Shown: positions 42,477 to 54,744, counted from the first letter of the stretch. The stretch is DNA of 64,000 nt from Methanocaldococcus sp. 16A (GCA_049860595.1 CP187551.1); one strand, 5' to 3'. Translations and numbers: made by a program. The notes: a model not told the origin generated them from the letters alone.

Positions 42477-42511
42477 AATATATAAACATTACGCCGAAAA
42501 GTATATATATC
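42477..42511. promoter_or_regulatory. Back-to-back BRE/TATA promoters for the divergent tRNAs
   Basis: Minus strand CGTAATG-TTTATATA; plus strand CCGAAAAG-TATATATA. Confidence 0.6.
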
Positions 42512-42548
42512 ACTTCTTGGTATTTACTAAATTGCTTACGTTTGATGT

Positions 42549-42623
42549 AGCCCGGTGGTGTAGTGGCCTATCATCCGGGGCTTTGGACCCGGGACCGCGG
42601 TTCGAATCCGCGCCGGGCTACCA
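42549..42623 (+). tRNA. tRNA-Gln(TTG)
   Basis: AGCCCGG acceptor, CGGGG-CTTTGGA-CCCGG anticodon arm (one C short), CGCGG-TTCGAAT-CCGCG, CCGGGCT-A-CCA. Confidence 0.93.
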
Positions 42624-42672
42624 TTTTTATTTTTGTATAATATATTTATTAATTTAAATATATGGTGAAAGT

Positions 42673-43335
42673 GTGAAGGTTGCTATTTTAACCGATGGTA
42701 CTTATGGAGAGAGAGCTTATAAAATAATTAAATCAAAATTTCCATGTGATTTTATAACTGTTAATTATTATGGGGATTTTGATGAAATAACAATAAGTGA
42801 TGATGATATTCAAAAATTAAAAAATTATGATTTATTTATAACTTACACTCTAAATCCTGATTTAACCTACGAGCTCGTTAGAAAGATAAAAGAGCTCAAC
42901 AATAAAGCTTTTGTTCTTGTTGGAGCTTGGAAAGGAGAAGGATTTAAAAAACAAATTGAAAGGATTGGAAATGCTTTCTGCCCATATTTAATGTGTTATA
43001 TTGATGAAGATGAACTAAAAGATTATTTAGACAATTATCCTCAATTAAAAGAATTTTTAAAATATTTTGGGAAACCAAAAGTGAAATTATATGTTAAAAA
43101 TAATAAAATTGAAAAAATTGATGTTTTAAGAGAGGCTCCATGTGGTTCAACTTCTGAAACATTAAAAGAATTTGTTGGAAAAGAGTTTAATAATAAAACT
43201 TTAGTAGATATTGGTTTGAGAGTTCAACACTTTTGTAGGGCTGGGAAAATAAGGTTATTTGTAGAGAAAGAAGGAAAGAAAACAAAAGCTGGGAAAATAT
43301 TAGTTAATGGAATAGAAGTTATAAAATTGGATTAA
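42673..43335 (+). CDS. DUF166 family protein
   Basis: DG.YGERA, PDLT, FGKP, VLR.APCGST and CRA motifs. Confidence 0.7.
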   Translation: MKVAILTDGTYGERAYKIIKSKFPCDFITVNYYGDFDEITISDDDIQKLKNYDLFITYTLNPDLTYELVRKIKELNNKAFVLVGAWKGEGFKKQIERIGNAFCPYLMCYIDEDELKDYLDNYPQLKEFLKYFGKPKVKLYVKNNKIEKIDVLREAPCGSTSETLKEFVGKEFNNKTLVDIGLRVQHFCRAGKIRLFVEKEGKKTKAGKILVNGIEVIKLD

Positions 43336-44381
43336 TTTAATATTTCAAATTTAATATTATGCCCAAATAAATATAGCAAAGCTGAGCCAGTAATTTTTTT
43401 ACTATTGTTGTTGTATTTTTTTCCGCATATTTCAATTTCGAATTTTCTATTGTCAAATATATTAACTTCATACAATTTATTTTCAAAATTTTCAAATACA
43501 GCATCTTCTAATGGATTGAATTTCTTTAACTCATCTAAACTACTTAATGGCTTAACAATAAATCCAGTATAGCCATGTAGAGAATTTATAACCCTCAAAA
43601 GCCTTATATCATCATCCATAACTTTTTCATCCAATTCAAGTTTATTTTTAGTTTTTTCTATAATATTATAAATTTTGTTTTTGCTCTTTAAATTATCAAT
43701 AATTTTTTTCCAATTTTTTTCCTTTTCAAGTTTTTTTGTTGATATCCTTTTATCTTTTTCTTTAATCGCCTTTGTAAGTCTTCTTCTCCAACCACTACCA
43801 ACTGAATTTAAATTTAAATTTTCTCCTAATATGTAGCCCATTAAAAACCTTCTGTCCTCTTTTGAATAATTTTCAATGATATTCCTAATTTCTTCATCCT
43901 TTGGTTTTATATAGATGTGATAGCCCCTATTTCCACTAAACACAATCTTTAAATCTTCTTCATTTAAACCAAAGTCAGGAATTAAAAATTCTTCAATCAA
44001 GTAAATAGCTTGATTTTTTGCTTCCTCTAAGCAATGTTTGCAAATCCAATCTTCATCATGATTACATTTTTTTGTTTTATGCACATCAATATCAAACGCC
44101 AATTCTCTCCTGAATATACCTTTTTTAGCAGCTCCACCAGATTTGTTTGGGTAGAGCATATAAGCCAAAGATTTATAGAGATGCATTGGAGCATTTTTTA
44201 AAACCCAGTCTTTGTATTCTCTCTCATTTTTAAAGGATAGATTTCTGTTATCAACCTTATTTAAATATCCATAACCAAATTCCCTATACTCTATACAATC
44301 TGGAACTTCAAGAATGTTGTTTTTTATTGCAAAGCTATAATATTCCTTATACAATTTCTGAACTTCTACAAAGATGTTCAT
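43332..44381 (-). CDS. priS: DNA primase small (catalytic) subunit
   Basis: REFG, ELAFDID, C.H..WIC..C, VFSGNRGYH and D..RLLR..SLHG; start placed at 44381 because the upstream extension runs through a repeat. Confidence 0.93.
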   Translation of the reverse strand: MNIFVEVQKLYKEYYSFAIKNNILEVPDCIEYREFGYGYLNKVDNRNLSFKNEREYKDWVLKNAPMHLYKSLAYMLYPNKSGGAAKKGIFRRELAFDIDVHKTKKCNHDEDWICKHCLEEAKNQAIYLIEEFLIPDFGLNEEDLKIVFSGNRGYHIYIKPKDEEIRNIIENYSKEDRRFLMGYILGENLNLNSVGSGWRRRLTKAIKEKDKRISTKKLEKEKNWKKIIDNLKSKNKIYNIIEKTKNKLELDEKVMDDDIRLLRVINSLHGYTGFIVKPLSSLDELKKFNPLEDAVFENFENKLYEVNIFDNRKFEIEICGKKYNNNSKKITGSALLYLFGHNIKFEILN

Positions 44382-44402
44382 TATATATCCCTCAATTTTT
44401 AG

Positions 44403-44498
44403 TATAGGTCTTTTGCAGGGATAAATATTAAAAGGTAGATTTAATGCCCTTGGCGTCATTTTTTCCTTATTAATTATATAAACTGCGAAAGTCCTAAT
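44403..44498. repeat. Palindromic MITE-like repeat, family A
   Basis: TATAGGTCTTTTGCAGG ... TAATGCCCTTGGCGTCA ... CTGCGAAAGTCCTA. Confidence 0.82.
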
Positions 44499-44548
44499 AG
44501 TAATATAACATATCAAAAAAAACTCAATAAATTTTTTATGGTGATACA

Positions 44549-45547
44549 ATGATTTTGGGAATAGATATTGGTGGGGCAAATACAAAAATTACTGAGATTG
44601 AGGGAGAAAATTATAACATTCATCACATCTATTTTCCAATGTGGAAGAAAAAGGATGAATTAGAGGATTTATTAAAAAACTATAATGATAATGTTGATTA
44701 TGTTGCCTTAGTTATGACTGCTGAATTGGCTGACTGCTACAAAACAAAAAAAGAAGGAGTTGAGGATATAATAAATAAAGTTGAAAAATCCTTTGACTGC
44801 CCAATATATGTATTTGATGTTAATGGAAACTTTTTAACTTCAGAAGAAGCTAAAAAAAATTATTTAGATGTTTCAGCGTCAAATTGGATGGCTACTGCCA
44901 AATTAGTTTCAGAGTTTATAAAAGATAGTTGTATTTTGGTTGATATGGGCTCTACAACCACAGATATAATCCCAATAAAAGATAAAAATATTCTATCTGA
45001 AAAAACAGATTTGGATAGGATGATGAACAACCAGTTAGTTTATGTAGGAACTTTAAGAACTCCTGTTAGTTTTTTAGCCAATAAAATAGAGTTTAGAGGA
45101 AAATTAACTAATCTATCTTCAGAGTACTTTGCCATTACTGCAGATATTTCTCTAATTTTAAATAAAATTACAGAAGAAGATTACACCTGTGACACTCCAG
45201 ATGGGGCTGGAAAAGATTTTGAAAGTTGCTTAACAAGGTTAGCGAGAGTTTTATGTGCCGATAGAGAAATAGTTAGTGATAATGAATTAATAGATTTTGC
45301 TAATAAGCTTTATAGTAATCTCCTAAACTTAATTAGAGAAAATGTTGATACTATTGCAAAAAGATACAATTTAAATGATGTGGTTATAACTGGTTTGGGA
45401 GAGGAAATTTTAAAAGATGCCTTAGATGGCTATAATATAATATCAATAAAAGAAACCTATGGTAAAGATGTTTCCTTAGCAACTCCAAGTTTTGCTGTAG
45501 CTAAATTATTACAAAAGCAATTAAATGAACATAAAAAAATGATATAA
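44549..45547 (+). CDS. mfnF: MfnF, methanofuran biosynthesis (hydantoinase A-like)
   Basis: GIDIGGANTK, MTAELAD, SASNW, DMGSTTTDIIP, GTLRTP and TPDG. Confidence 0.85.
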   Translation: MILGIDIGGANTKITEIEGENYNIHHIYFPMWKKKDELEDLLKNYNDNVDYVALVMTAELADCYKTKKEGVEDIINKVEKSFDCPIYVFDVNGNFLTSEEAKKNYLDVSASNWMATAKLVSEFIKDSCILVDMGSTTTDIIPIKDKNILSEKTDLDRMMNNQLVYVGTLRTPVSFLANKIEFRGKLTNLSSEYFAITADISLILNKITEEDYTCDTPDGAGKDFESCLTRLARVLCADREIVSDNELIDFANKLYSNLLNLIRENVDTIAKRYNLNDVVITGLGEEILKDALDGYNIISIKETYGKDVSLATPSFAVAKLLQKQLNEHKKMI

Positions 45548-45557
45548 TAATTATTTT

Positions 45558-46805
45558 TTATTGTTTTTTCATTCCAAAGAAATTTATCATGCCAATTAAT
45601 TCCTCAAATGCTTCAATTTCAAATTTTAATGCTTCTTCTTTGCTATATATTCCACTAACCTCTCCATCTAAGGTTAATTGCACCACTCCTCTAACAACTA
45701 TTCTATCTATTCCATCCCTTCTTAAAATCTCTTCAGCAACTTTGTCATGAACAAAAGCCTTTGGAGGAATAAAAACTGTCTCTTTAACATCTTTTAAATC
45801 CAATTTTTCTAAATCCTTAGCAGTTATTAAATCGGCAATATCTTTATTAACTTTAACAACATTTACAGATGTTTCATCAAAAATCTTTTTTAAAAATGGA
45901 TATGCAACATTTCCAGTAATTATTGTTGCTTCACCATTTATTTTGTTTTTTAATTTTTCTAAGATATGGTTGTTTTCTTCTTTAGCCAATGCAAATGGAG
46001 TTCCAGCAACTGGGTCGTGTAAAGGAGTTCCAGTAACTCTAATATAATCTCCAAACTCATTATGGATTTCATCAACTATGTTTTTAAATTCTTCAACTGA
46101 ATGTGTTCTTATATTCTCAATTAGAGGAGCGTTTCCTAAAATTAGTCCCTGCTCTTCAGTATTTGCAAATCTCATCAATATAACTGCCTTAGCTCCCCAA
46201 TCAACTAAATCAGAAACTGTTTTCTTCAACTCATTACCATCATTAATCCCTGGAATAACAATTATTGCACAATGAACCTCACAATGCTCACAAAAATATC
46301 TTAGGCATTTTAAAGCAGTTTCAGCATTTTTATCGTTCATCCAGTCTTTCCTAAGCTTAGGATTTGTTGAAAAAACTGAAAAAGTTACTTCATCAACTCC
46401 ATAATCTACTAAGTTTTTTGCTATCTCTAAGGTATCAAAACCTTTTCCTGAAGTATATCCAAGATGAATCCTTAAACCCATATTGCTTATGAATTTGCAT
46501 AGCTCTTCTAATTGAGGATAACAGCTAACATCTCCTCCTCCAGTAATATTAACTTTTTTGTATCTTTTAAATAATAAACTACTTTGCAATTCCATTAGAG
46601 CAAATGGTAATGGTATGAAATCACCATTAATCTCTCTAACTGAGTACATACAATATTCGCAACCAACTGTAAATTGGCAGTATTTACATCCAAATGGTTT
46701 TGGATTGTTTTTATTAACTTTTCTAAAATAACAGAACTTACAAAATCCATTACAATTAATTCCTGGTTCTCCTTTCAAATCTATTAATAAATTAGCCTCT
46801 TTCAT
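45558..46805 (-). CDS. mmp10: Methyl-coenzyme M reductase arginine methyltransferase (radical SAM, marker 10)
   Basis: [16 protein letters not shown]...[12 protein letters not shown] and LMRFAN; divergent from mcrB. Confidence 0.9.
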   Translation of the reverse strand: MKEANLLIDLKGEPGINCNGFCKFCYFRKVNKNNPKPFGCKYCQFTVGCEYCMYSVREINGDFIPLPFALMELQSSLLFKRYKKVNITGGGDVSCYPQLEELCKFISNMGLRIHLGYTSGKGFDTLEIAKNLVDYGVDEVTFSVFSTNPKLRKDWMNDKNAETALKCLRYFCEHCEVHCAIIVIPGINDGNELKKTVSDLVDWGAKAVILMRFANTEEQGLILGNAPLIENIRTHSVEEFKNIVDEIHNEFGDYIRVTGTPLHDPVAGTPFALAKEENNHILEKLKNKINGEATIITGNVAYPFLKKIFDETSVNVVKVNKDIADLITAKDLEKLDLKDVKETVFIPPKAFVHDKVAEEILRRDGIDRIVVRGVVQLTLDGEVSGIYSKEEALKFEIEAFEELIGMINFFGMKKQ

Positions 46806-47041
46806 AATTTCACACTATAGTTATTATTTTTAATAAAAAATTTCAAATAGAAAACTTTATAATCTGGATTTCTTTCAATAAAATTATTATTGAGCTTTTA
46901 TGTTATATTTTAATTTTAAAACTTTGGCTGTAAATTCCAAATCTATCTAATATATAAACCTTACGATTTTATTCAAATGAAAAATTGGATATATATAAAA
47001 TGTGATAACTAATAACGAACCAATGTGTGGGAGTGATTCCT

Positions 47042-48376
47042 ATGGTAAAGTATAAAGATACAATAAACTTGTATGATGAGAAAGGTAACTTAGTAGAAGA
47101 AAATGTTCCATTAGAAGCAATCAGCCCATTATATAACCCAACAATCCAGAAGTTAGTTAAAGACGTTAAGAGAACAGTAGCAGTTAACTTAGCAGGTATA
47201 GAAAACGCTTTGAGAACTGGACAAGTTGGTGGAAAAGGTTGTATGATTAAAGGAAGAGAATTAGATTTACCAATTGTTGAAAACGCTGAAACAATCGCTG
47301 AATATGTTGAAAAAGTTGTTAGAGTTTCAGAAGATGATGATACTTCAGTTAAATTAATCAACGATGGAAAACAGATGGCTGTTCAAATCCCAACAAAGAG
47401 ATTAGATGTTGCTGCAGAATATTCAGTTTCTGTTTTAGTTACAGGTCAGGCATTAAAAGAGGCTATAATTAGAACATTCGATGTTGATATATTCGATGCT
47501 CCAATGGTTCACGCAGCTGTTTTGGGAGGCTATCCTCATGAAGTTACAATGAAAGGTTCAAACATCGCTGCTTTATTAGGTAGTCCATTATCCTTAGAAG
47601 GGCCAGGATATGCATTAAGAAACATTATGGCAAACCACTTCGTTGCATGTACAAAGAAAAATGTCATGAACGCTGTTGCATTTGCTTCAATTATGGAACA
47701 AACAGCAATGTTTGAAATGGGAGATGCTGTTGGGTTATTTGAAAGATTACACTTGTTAGGTTTAGCTTACCAAGGATTAAATGCAGACAACTTAGTAATT
47801 GACTTAGTAAAAGCAAACGGTAAGAATGGAACTGTTGGTACAGTAGTAGCTTCAGTAGTTGAGAGAGCTTTAGAGGATGGAGTTATTAAGGAAGATAAGA
47901 CATTACCATCAGGATTTACAATGTATAAGCCAGTTGATGTTGCTAAGTGGAACGCTTATGCTGCGGCTGGTTTAGTTGCTGCAGTTATAGTTAACGTTGG
48001 TGCTGCAAGAGCAGCACAAAACGTTGCATCAACAATTCTCTACTATAACGATATCTTGGAATATGAAACAGGATTGCCTGGAGTTGACTTCGGTAGATGT
48101 GAAGGTACAGCAGTAGGATTTAGTTTCTTCAGTCACTCAATCTATGGTGGAGGAGGTCCTGGTATCTTCAACGGAAACCACATCGTTACAAGACACTCAA
48201 AAGGATTTGCTATCCCACCAGTTGCAGCTGCAATGTGTTTAGATGCTGGAACTCAGATGTTCTCACCAGAAAGAACTTCAGCATTGGTAGGTACTGTCTT
48301 CAGTGCAATTGATGAATTCAGAGAACCATTGAAGTACGTTATAAAAGGAGCATTAGAAGTTAAAGACAAAATCTAA
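47042..48376 (+). CDS. mcrB: Methyl-coenzyme M reductase beta subunit
   Basis: [31 protein letters not shown] and [13 protein letters not shown]. Confidence 0.99.
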   Translation: MVKYKDTINLYDEKGNLVEENVPLEAISPLYNPTIQKLVKDVKRTVAVNLAGIENALRTGQVGGKGCMIKGRELDLPIVENAETIAEYVEKVVRVSEDDDTSVKLINDGKQMAVQIPTKRLDVAAEYSVSVLVTGQALKEAIIRTFDVDIFDAPMVHAAVLGGYPHEVTMKGSNIAALLGSPLSLEGPGYALRNIMANHFVACTKKNVMNAVAFASIMEQTAMFEMGDAVGLFERLHLLGLAYQGLNADNLVIDLVKANGKNGTVGTVVASVVERALEDGVIKEDKTLPSGFTMYKPVDVAKWNAYAAAGLVAAVIVNVGAARAAQNVASTILYYNDILEYETGLPGVDFGRCEGTAVGFSFFSHSIYGGGGPGIFNGNHIVTRHSKGFAIPPVAAAMCLDAGTQMFSPERTSALVGTVFSAIDEFREPLKYVIKGALEVKDKI

Positions 48377-48394
48377 AATCTTTAAGTGATTGTA

Positions 48395-48886
48395 ATGGTT
48401 GAAGTTGAAGTCTTCCCACATAGGTATTTGAAAGCTTCTACAACTGAAAAATTCCTAAATAAAATCTATGACTTGAAGACCGTGGAGAGGGTAGTTATCC
48501 ACGGTCAGCCCCTCCCTAAAGTTATCACTTATGGACCAGCAAGAGGTTTGCCAGTGAATCATACAGAGAGAAAAATAATATATGTTAAAGGAGTTCCAGT
48601 GGAGCTTACAGTGATGGCAGGAAGATTTTGGATAACTCTCAGTGATGATAGCGAGTTGGATAAATTAGATGCTATATGCAAGGAAATGTTTCCATTTGGA
48701 TATAATTTAAGAGTTGGAAAATTCTTGAAAGATAAACCAACAGTTACAGATTATATAAAATATGGTGAAGATGGCGTCTTCCTAATAAATGAGATGGATA
48801 GAAGATTGATAGGAATGGTTGACCCAAGAAGTAGAATGGTTAACTCTGTTACAGTTGTAGAAAAAGAAGAAGAAAAAGAGGAATAA
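48395..48886 (+). CDS. mcrD: Methyl-coenzyme M reductase operon protein D
   Basis: FPHR.LK..TTEK.LN, HG..LP..V.YGPARG..VNH and TVTDY.KYG. Confidence 0.96.
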   Translation: MVEVEVFPHRYLKASTTEKFLNKIYDLKTVERVVIHGQPLPKVITYGPARGLPVNHTERKIIYVKGVPVELTVMAGRFWITLSDDSELDKLDAICKEMFPFGYNLRVGKFLKDKPTVTDYIKYGEDGVFLINEMDRRLIGMVDPRSRMVNSVTVVEKEEEKEE

Positions 48887-48887
48887 T

Positions 48888-49490
48888 ATGCCAGTAGGTA
48901 GAAGAGAGCAAATTGTGGATTGTAGGTCAGTGATGGGTTTAGGAGAAGGGGGAGGATTAGCACAGAGAGGGACATTTGCAGAGGCGTTAAAAAATGATGT
49001 AGTAGTTGTAGCGATGTCACCAGGGAGGAGGCATATAACAAAACCTGTGTGTGAGATAACTTATGGAATAAGGGAGGCAGGAATTCAAACAAGTGTTTTA
49101 GTTTTAAATGCTGGTTCAGGAATTCCACATGATGCTCCAAGGGGAGCTTTAGGTTCTACCTTTGGTATTAAACCAGAAGAAGCAGAGCAAATAAATAGAC
49201 ACAAGCTATGTGTTGTCCATTTCGGAAACGTTATTAGCCATGTTGTTTATAAAGCAGGTCTTCTCTTAAAATATGTAAAAATTCCAACGATTATTGTCTG
49301 TCAAGCTCCTGTAGATATGGAAGACCTTGCTAAATATGGTATAAAGACAAGAGATGTTATGCCTTTGGAACCTAAAACTGAAGGAATGGTTGTTGATATT
49401 GTAACTGGGGTGATTAGGGGAGAGTCTTGTCCTCAAAGTAAAATTGATGAAATAATAAAGAAAATAAAGTTTCATTTAAACTTAAATTGA
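48888..49490 (+). CDS. mcrC: Methyl-coenzyme M reductase operon protein C
   Basis: [18 protein letters not shown] and [16 protein letters not shown]. Confidence 0.97.
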   Translation: MPVGRREQIVDCRSVMGLGEGGGLAQRGTFAEALKNDVVVVAMSPGRRHITKPVCEITYGIREAGIQTSVLVLNAGSGIPHDAPRGALGSTFGIKPEEAEQINRHKLCVVHFGNVISHVVYKAGLLLKYVKIPTIIVCQAPVDMEDLAKYGIKTRDVMPLEPKTEGMVVDIVTGVIRGESCPQSKIDEIIKKIKFHLNLN

Positions 49491-49499
49491 GGTGATTGT

Positions 49500-50282
49500 A
49501 TGGCATACAAGCCACAGTTCTACCCTGGTCAAACAAAAATTGCTCAAAATAGAAGAGACCACATGAACCCAGATGTTCAGTTAGAAAAGTTGAGAGACAT
49601 TCCAGATGATGATGTTGTTAAAATAATGGGTCACAGACAGCCAGGAGAAGATTACAAAACAGTTCACCCTCCATTAGAAGAAATGGACTTGCCAGAAGAC
49701 TACGTAAGAGATTTAGTTGAGCCAATCAACGGAGCTAAGGAAGGGCATAGAATTAGATACATTCAGTTTGCTGATTCAATGTACTTCGCTCCAGCTCAAC
49801 CTTATGACAGAGCAAGAACATACATGTGGAGGTTTAGAGGAGTAGATACAGGTACCTTATCAGGAAGACAAGTTATTGAGATGAGAGAAAGTGACTTAGA
49901 AGCGTTATCAAAGAACTTCTTAATTGATACAGCATTCTTCGACCCAGCAAGATGTGGTATTAGAGGGGCTACAGTTCATGGACACTCATTGAGATTGGAT
50001 GAAAATGGTTTAATGTTCGATGCTCTCCAGAGATACGTGTATGATGAGAAAACAGGACACGTTGTCTATGTTAAAGACCAAGTTGGAAGACCATTAGATG
50101 AACCAGTAGATGTCGGAGAACCATTACCAGAAGAAAAATTGAAAGAAATTACAACAATCTACAGAATTGATGGAGTTCCAATGAGAGACGATGAAGAATT
50201 ATTGACAGTCGTTAAGAGAATCCACAGAGCTAGAACCTTAGGAGGATTCTTACCAGTTGAAGATGTCTTCGAGAAACTCTAA
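49500..50282 (+). CDS. mcrG: Methyl-coenzyme M reductase gamma subunit
   Basis: PQFYPG, HPPLEEM, GTLSGRQ and GATVHGHSLRLDENG. Confidence 0.99.
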   Translation: MAYKPQFYPGQTKIAQNRRDHMNPDVQLEKLRDIPDDDVVKIMGHRQPGEDYKTVHPPLEEMDLPEDYVRDLVEPINGAKEGHRIRYIQFADSMYFAPAQPYDRARTYMWRFRGVDTGTLSGRQVIEMRESDLEALSKNFLIDTAFFDPARCGIRGATVHGHSLRLDENGLMFDALQRYVYDEKTGHVVYVKDQVGRPLDEPVDVGEPLPEEKLKEITTIYRIDGVPMRDDEELLTVVKRIHRARTLGGFLPVEDVFEKL

Positions 50283-50419
50283 GCTTTGGGGCTGTGCCCA
50301 TTTAATTATAAACTTTTATCCAAAAATTAAAAACCAAAAAAACTTAAACCTTAAAGAATCTCCAAATAAAACTTAATAACAAAAAATAAAAATAAAACGT
50401 CCTCACAGAGGTGAGCCCG

Positions 50420-52081
50420 ATGGATGCTGAAAAAAGATTGTTCTTAAAAGCATTAAAGGAGAAGTTTGAAGAAGACCCAAAAGAAAAATACACTAAGTTC
50501 TACATCTTCGGAGGATGGAAACAGTCAGCAAGAAAGAGAGAATTCGTTGAGGCTGCACAAAAATTAATTGAGAAGAGAGGAGGAATTCCATTCTACAACC
50601 CAGATATTGGGGTTCCATTAGGGCAAAGAAAATTAATGCCTTACAAAGTTTCAAATACAGATGCAATTGTTGAAGGGGATGACTTACACTTCATGAACAA
50701 CGCTGCAATGCAGCAGTTTTGGGATGACATTAGAAGAACAGTAATTGTTGGTATGGACACAGCTCACGCTGTATTAGAGAAAAGATTAGGGGTAGAAGTT
50801 ACACCAGAAACAATTAACGAATACATGGAGACTATTAACCACGCTTTACCAGGAGGGGCTGTTGTCCAAGAGCACATGGTTGAGGTACACCCAGCATTAG
50901 TTTGGGACTGTTATGCTAAGATATTCACTGGAGATGACGAATTAGCTGATGAAATTGACAAAAGATTCTTAATCGACATTAACAAGTTATTCCCAGAAGA
51001 GCAAGCAGAGCAAATCAAGAAAGCAATCGGTAAGAGGACATACCAAGTTTCAAGAGTTCCAACATTAGTTGGTAGAGTTTGTGATGGGGGGACAATAGCA
51101 AGATGGAGTGCTATGCAGATTGGAATGTCATTCATTACAGCTTACAAGTTGTGTGCTGGAGAGGCAGCTATCGCTGACTTCTCATACGCTGCAAAACACG
51201 CAGATGTTATTCAAATGGCTTCATTCTTACCTGCAAGGAGAGCAAGAGGTCCAAATGAACCTGGAGGAATGTTCTTCGGAGTTTTAGCTGATGTTGTTCA
51301 GACTTCAAGAGTTTCAGACGACCCAGTTGAACAGTCATTAGAAGTCGTTGCAGCAGGAGCTATGCTCTATGACCAAATCTGGTTAGGAAGTTACATGTCT
51401 GGAGGGGTTGGATTCACACAGTATGCTACTGCATCCTATACAGATGACATCTTAGATGACTTCTCATACTATGGATACGATTACGTAACCAAGAAATATG
51501 GAGGATGTAATAGCGTAAAACCAACAATGGATGTTGTTGAAGACATTGCAACAGAAGTTACATTATATGCGTTAGAGCAATACGACAGCTTCCCAGCTTT
51601 ATTAGAAGACCACTTCGGAGGTTCACAAAGAGCTGCAGTTACCGCAGCTGCATCAGGTATTTCAGTAGCATTGGCTACTGGAAACTCAAACGCTGGACTT
51701 AACGGATGGTACTTAAGCCAAATAATGCATAAAGAATACCACAGCAGATTAGGATTCTACGGATATGACTTGCAAGACCAGTGTGGAGCAGCTAACTCAT
51801 TGTCATTCAGAAACGATGAAGGTTCACCATTAGAGTTAAGAGGTCCAAACTATCCAAACTATGCAATGAACGTTGGTCACCAAGGAGAGTATGCTGGAAT
51901 TACACAAGCAGCACACTCAGCAAGAGGTGATGCTTTCGCACTCAACCCATTAATTAAAGTTGCATTCGCAGACCCATCATTAATCTTCGACTTCAGATAC
52001 CCAAGAAAAGAGTTTGCAAGAGGTGCTTTAAGAGAGTTCGAACCTGCTGGAGAAAGAGACCCAATCATTCCAGCTCACTAA
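50420..52081 (+). CDS. mcrA: Methyl-coenzyme M reductase alpha subunit
   Basis: [50 protein letters not shown] and NYAMNVGH. Confidence 0.99.
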   Translation: MDAEKRLFLKALKEKFEEDPKEKYTKFYIFGGWKQSARKREFVEAAQKLIEKRGGIPFYNPDIGVPLGQRKLMPYKVSNTDAIVEGDDLHFMNNAAMQQFWDDIRRTVIVGMDTAHAVLEKRLGVEVTPETINEYMETINHALPGGAVVQEHMVEVHPALVWDCYAKIFTGDDELADEIDKRFLIDINKLFPEEQAEQIKKAIGKRTYQVSRVPTLVGRVCDGGTIARWSAMQIGMSFITAYKLCAGEAAIADFSYAAKHADVIQMASFLPARRARGPNEPGGMFFGVLADVVQTSRVSDDPVEQSLEVVAAGAMLYDQIWLGSYMSGGVGFTQYATASYTDDILDDFSYYGYDYVTKKYGGCNSVKPTMDVVEDIATEVTLYALEQYDSFPALLEDHFGGSQRAAVTAAASGISVALATGNSNAGLNGWYLSQIMHKEYHSRLGFYGYDLQDQCGAANSLSFRNDEGSPLELRGPNYPNYAMNVGHQGEYAGITQAAHSARGDAFALNPLIKVAFADPSLIFDFRYPRKEFARGALREFEPAGERDPIIPAH

Positions 52082-52085
52082 ATCT

Positions 52086-52108
52086 AAATTTTTTTATTTT
52101 TTTATTAT
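52086..52108 (+). terminator. Oligo-T terminator after mcrA
   Basis: TTTTTTTATTTTTTTATT immediately after the stop codon. Confidence 0.6.
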
Positions 52109-52249
52109 GTTGTCATTGTTAAGAGTATTAAAACATAAAATTCAAAAAACTAAGATTTGATTAAGATTTGGTTAATTTTCTAGAAATTTAGAATGTTTTT
52201 CTAATTAAAAGAAAGTTAAATAAAAATTAAGTGAATTTTAACAGAATCA

Positions 52250-52272
52250 AATAGAAAACCTTATATATTAAC
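52250..52272 (+). promoter_or_regulatory. Probable BRE/TATA promoter of the mtr operon
   Basis: AGAAAACC-TTATATA about 45 nt upstream of mtrE. Confidence 0.55.
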
Positions 52273-52313
52273 CTATATAAAAACTAACTTTTATGTAAAA
52301 TGAGGTGATAGGG

Positions 52314-53216
52314 ATGGATGCAACACTAATCGCCCTTGGGGCTCTTGCCTTAAGTGGTGCATTGGCAACAGTTGCTGGATGTGCAGAAGATTTAGAATCT
52401 GATGTAGGTTCTCAGTCAAACCCAAACTCACAGGTTCAGTTAGCTCCACAGATGGGGAATATACACAGATACTTTAACAAAGCTATATCAGGGGAGCCAG
52501 TTTCTTATGGTTTGTATGTAGCAGTTGCAGGAACAGTAGCTTATGCTATTATGCAGATGGGATTAAATCCAATTTTGTCATTAATCTTAGGAGCTGGTGT
52601 TGCAGCATTTGTTCATGGAGCTTATGCAATTTCAGCATACTTAGGAAGAATTGTAGGGCAGTCAAAGAACTTTGGGCAGCCAGTTTATTGGGATGTTGTA
52701 ATGAGCCATATTGGGCCAATTGTTGGACACGGTTTTATTGCTGTCTTTTGTATGGTTTTAATGGCTTACTTAGCTAATGCTGTATTAGGAAATCCATTCC
52801 CGTTACCATTGATTGCATTGATATTTGGGATTACTGTAGGGGCAATTGGTTCATCAACTGGAGACGTTCACTATGGGGCTGAAAGAGAATATCAGAAATA
52901 TCCATTTGGAGGAGGAGTGCCTGTTGCTAACCATGGAGATATTGATATTAAAGCAGAATACGGTTTAAGAAATGGAATGGATTCATCATACTTCTGTGTT
53001 AGAGTAGGAGGAGTCTTAACTGGTTTATGCTTTGGTTTTATTGTTTTCTTAGATGGTTGGAGAGGAATTATTGGGGATGTATTACAAGGAGAAAATGTTA
53101 TTTCAGCGTCAGTCATCTCAGTAGTTGTAGGTTTAATAATCATAGCTTTATTGGCTATAGCTAACAGAAAGGTTGAGGTATTTGCAAGAAACAAATATGG
53201 TCCATACACAAAATAA
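52314..53216 (+). CDS. mtrE: N5-methyl-H4MPT:CoM methyltransferase subunit E
   Basis: AEDLESDVGSQSNPNSQVQLAPQMG and GSSTGDVHYG.ER. Confidence 0.98.
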   Translation: MDATLIALGALALSGALATVAGCAEDLESDVGSQSNPNSQVQLAPQMGNIHRYFNKAISGEPVSYGLYVAVAGTVAYAIMQMGLNPILSLILGAGVAAFVHGAYAISAYLGRIVGQSKNFGQPVYWDVVMSHIGPIVGHGFIAVFCMVLMAYLANAVLGNPFPLPLIALIFGITVGAIGSSTGDVHYGAEREYQKYPFGGGVPVANHGDIDIKAEYGLRNGMDSSYFCVRVGGVLTGLCFGFIVFLDGWRGIIGDVLQGENVISASVISVVVGLIIIALLAIANRKVEVFARNKYGPYTK

Positions 53217-53228
53217 AGGTGATATTTT

Positions 53229-53918
53229 ATGGATGCAAGTTTGTTAATTTCATTAGCTGAAATAACTATTGCAGGAGCGATAATTAATGCAAGTGTTCAT
53301 TTTGTTCCTGTTGGAGGGGCACCAGCAGCAATGGCTACTTCAACAGGAGTTGGGACAGGAACAACCCAGTTAGCAGCAGGGGCTGGTTTCACTGGATTGA
53401 TGGCAGCAGCTGTAATGGCTTCAAAAGTAGGAACTGATGGCTTAGGACTCTTATTAATTTTATTATCTGGAGCTGTTGGTTCAATGATTATGCTTGGAGT
53501 TACAATGTTAATTGGGCAATTGATTTATGTATTTGGAGTTGGAGTAGTTCCTGCTGCAGATAAATGTGAGATAGATCCAATAACAAAAGATCCACAAAAA
53601 CCTTATGTTACACCAGGAACTACAGGACATGGAATCCCAACAGTTTGTTTCATTAGTGGTTTAATAGGGGCAGCTTTAGGAGGATTAGGAGGAGGTTTGG
53701 CATATATAGCATTGATAAATCTTGGATTCTCTCCAGCAGTTGCCGGAATGTTAGCAGTTGGTTTCTTCTTTATTAATGCAGTTCTTGCATCCTACAACAT
53801 TGGAGGTACTATTGAAGGTTTCCACGACCCAAAATTCAAGAAAATGCCTAATGGAGTTGTTGCATCATTAGTAGCCTCATTAGTTTGTGGAATAGTTGTG
53901 GTAGCAATGGCATTATAA
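53229..53918 (+). CDS. mtrD: Mtr subunit D
   Basis: [19 protein letters not shown] and [16 protein letters not shown]. Confidence 0.98.
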   Translation: MDASLLISLAEITIAGAIINASVHFVPVGGAPAAMATSTGVGTGTTQLAAGAGFTGLMAAAVMASKVGTDGLGLLLILLSGAVGSMIMLGVTMLIGQLIYVFGVGVVPAADKCEIDPITKDPQKPYVTPGTTGHGIPTVCFISGLIGAALGGLGGGLAYIALINLGFSPAVAGMLAVGFFFINAVLASYNIGGTIEGFHDPKFKKMPNGVVASLVASLVCGIVVVAMAL

Positions 53919-53937
53919 AAAATTTTTTGGTGATAGT

Positions 53938-54735
53938 ATGGCACATGGTGGAGGAGGTCATGCAGCTGAACTTTATCCTGAAAACCAAATATTTGCAACT
54001 GGAGTAGTTTTATCATTGATAGGTATTTATGCAGCACATTTCTTGTCAGATTATGGTTTGTCAATGTTAATAGGAGGTTTATTAGTTTCAGCTGCATGTG
54101 TTGCTGGAGCAAACACAGTTAGAAAGGTAGCTGCTTATGGTTTAGGGACAGGTGTTCCATCTATAGGTATGGTTAGTTTAGGTATGGGAACATTAGCTGC
54201 GGTAGCAGGAGTTTTAATTCCAAAAGCATTAGGAATTACTTATTTAATAGCTCCAATATTAACATTAATAATATCAGCAGTTGTTGGATTCATTGTTGGA
54301 AAATTAACAGTAAAACCAGTAGGAATGAAAATTCCAATTATGGTTAGGAGTATGACATTCTTATCCATAGCAGGAGCTATGGCATTATTAGGATTTACAA
54401 CAGCTTATGTTGGAAGTTTAGAACCAAATGCCTTTATTAATGGTGCTTTAAATTCAGGAATTATGGCTTTGGCATTTATAGTGGCTGGTATGGCTATATT
54501 ACATCCATTTAACGCATGTTTGGGTCCAAATGAAAGTCATAAAAGAACTTTAACATTAGCAATAGCTTGTGGTTTAATAAGCTGGTTTGTTTTCTCAGTA
54601 GTTAAATTAGATGTTATATCAATGGTGGTCTCAATAGTATTGTGGGCAATTGTATATGTGAAATTCGTTAAGATGTCATTTAAAGATGCATGTGCAGTTC
54701 TCTACACTCCAGAAATTCCTAAGAAGGAGGAGTAA
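53938..54735 (+). CDS. mtrC: Mtr subunit C
   Basis: [14 protein letters not shown] and [11 protein letters not shown]. Confidence 0.98.
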   Translation: MAHGGGGHAAELYPENQIFATGVVLSLIGIYAAHFLSDYGLSMLIGGLLVSAACVAGANTVRKVAAYGLGTGVPSIGMVSLGMGTLAAVAGVLIPKALGITYLIAPILTLIISAVVGFIVGKLTVKPVGMKIPIMVRSMTFLSIAGAMALLGFTTAYVGSLEPNAFINGALNSGIMALAFIVAGMAILHPFNACLGPNESHKRTLTLAIACGLISWFVFSVVKLDVISMVVSIVLWAIVYVKFVKMSFKDACAVLYTPEIPKKEE

Positions 54736-54744
54736 GGTGGAAAG

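Noticed and set aside
44382-44585. N-terminal extension of priS
   Set aside because: It crosses a family A repeat and overlaps mfnF; primase similarity begins after 44381.
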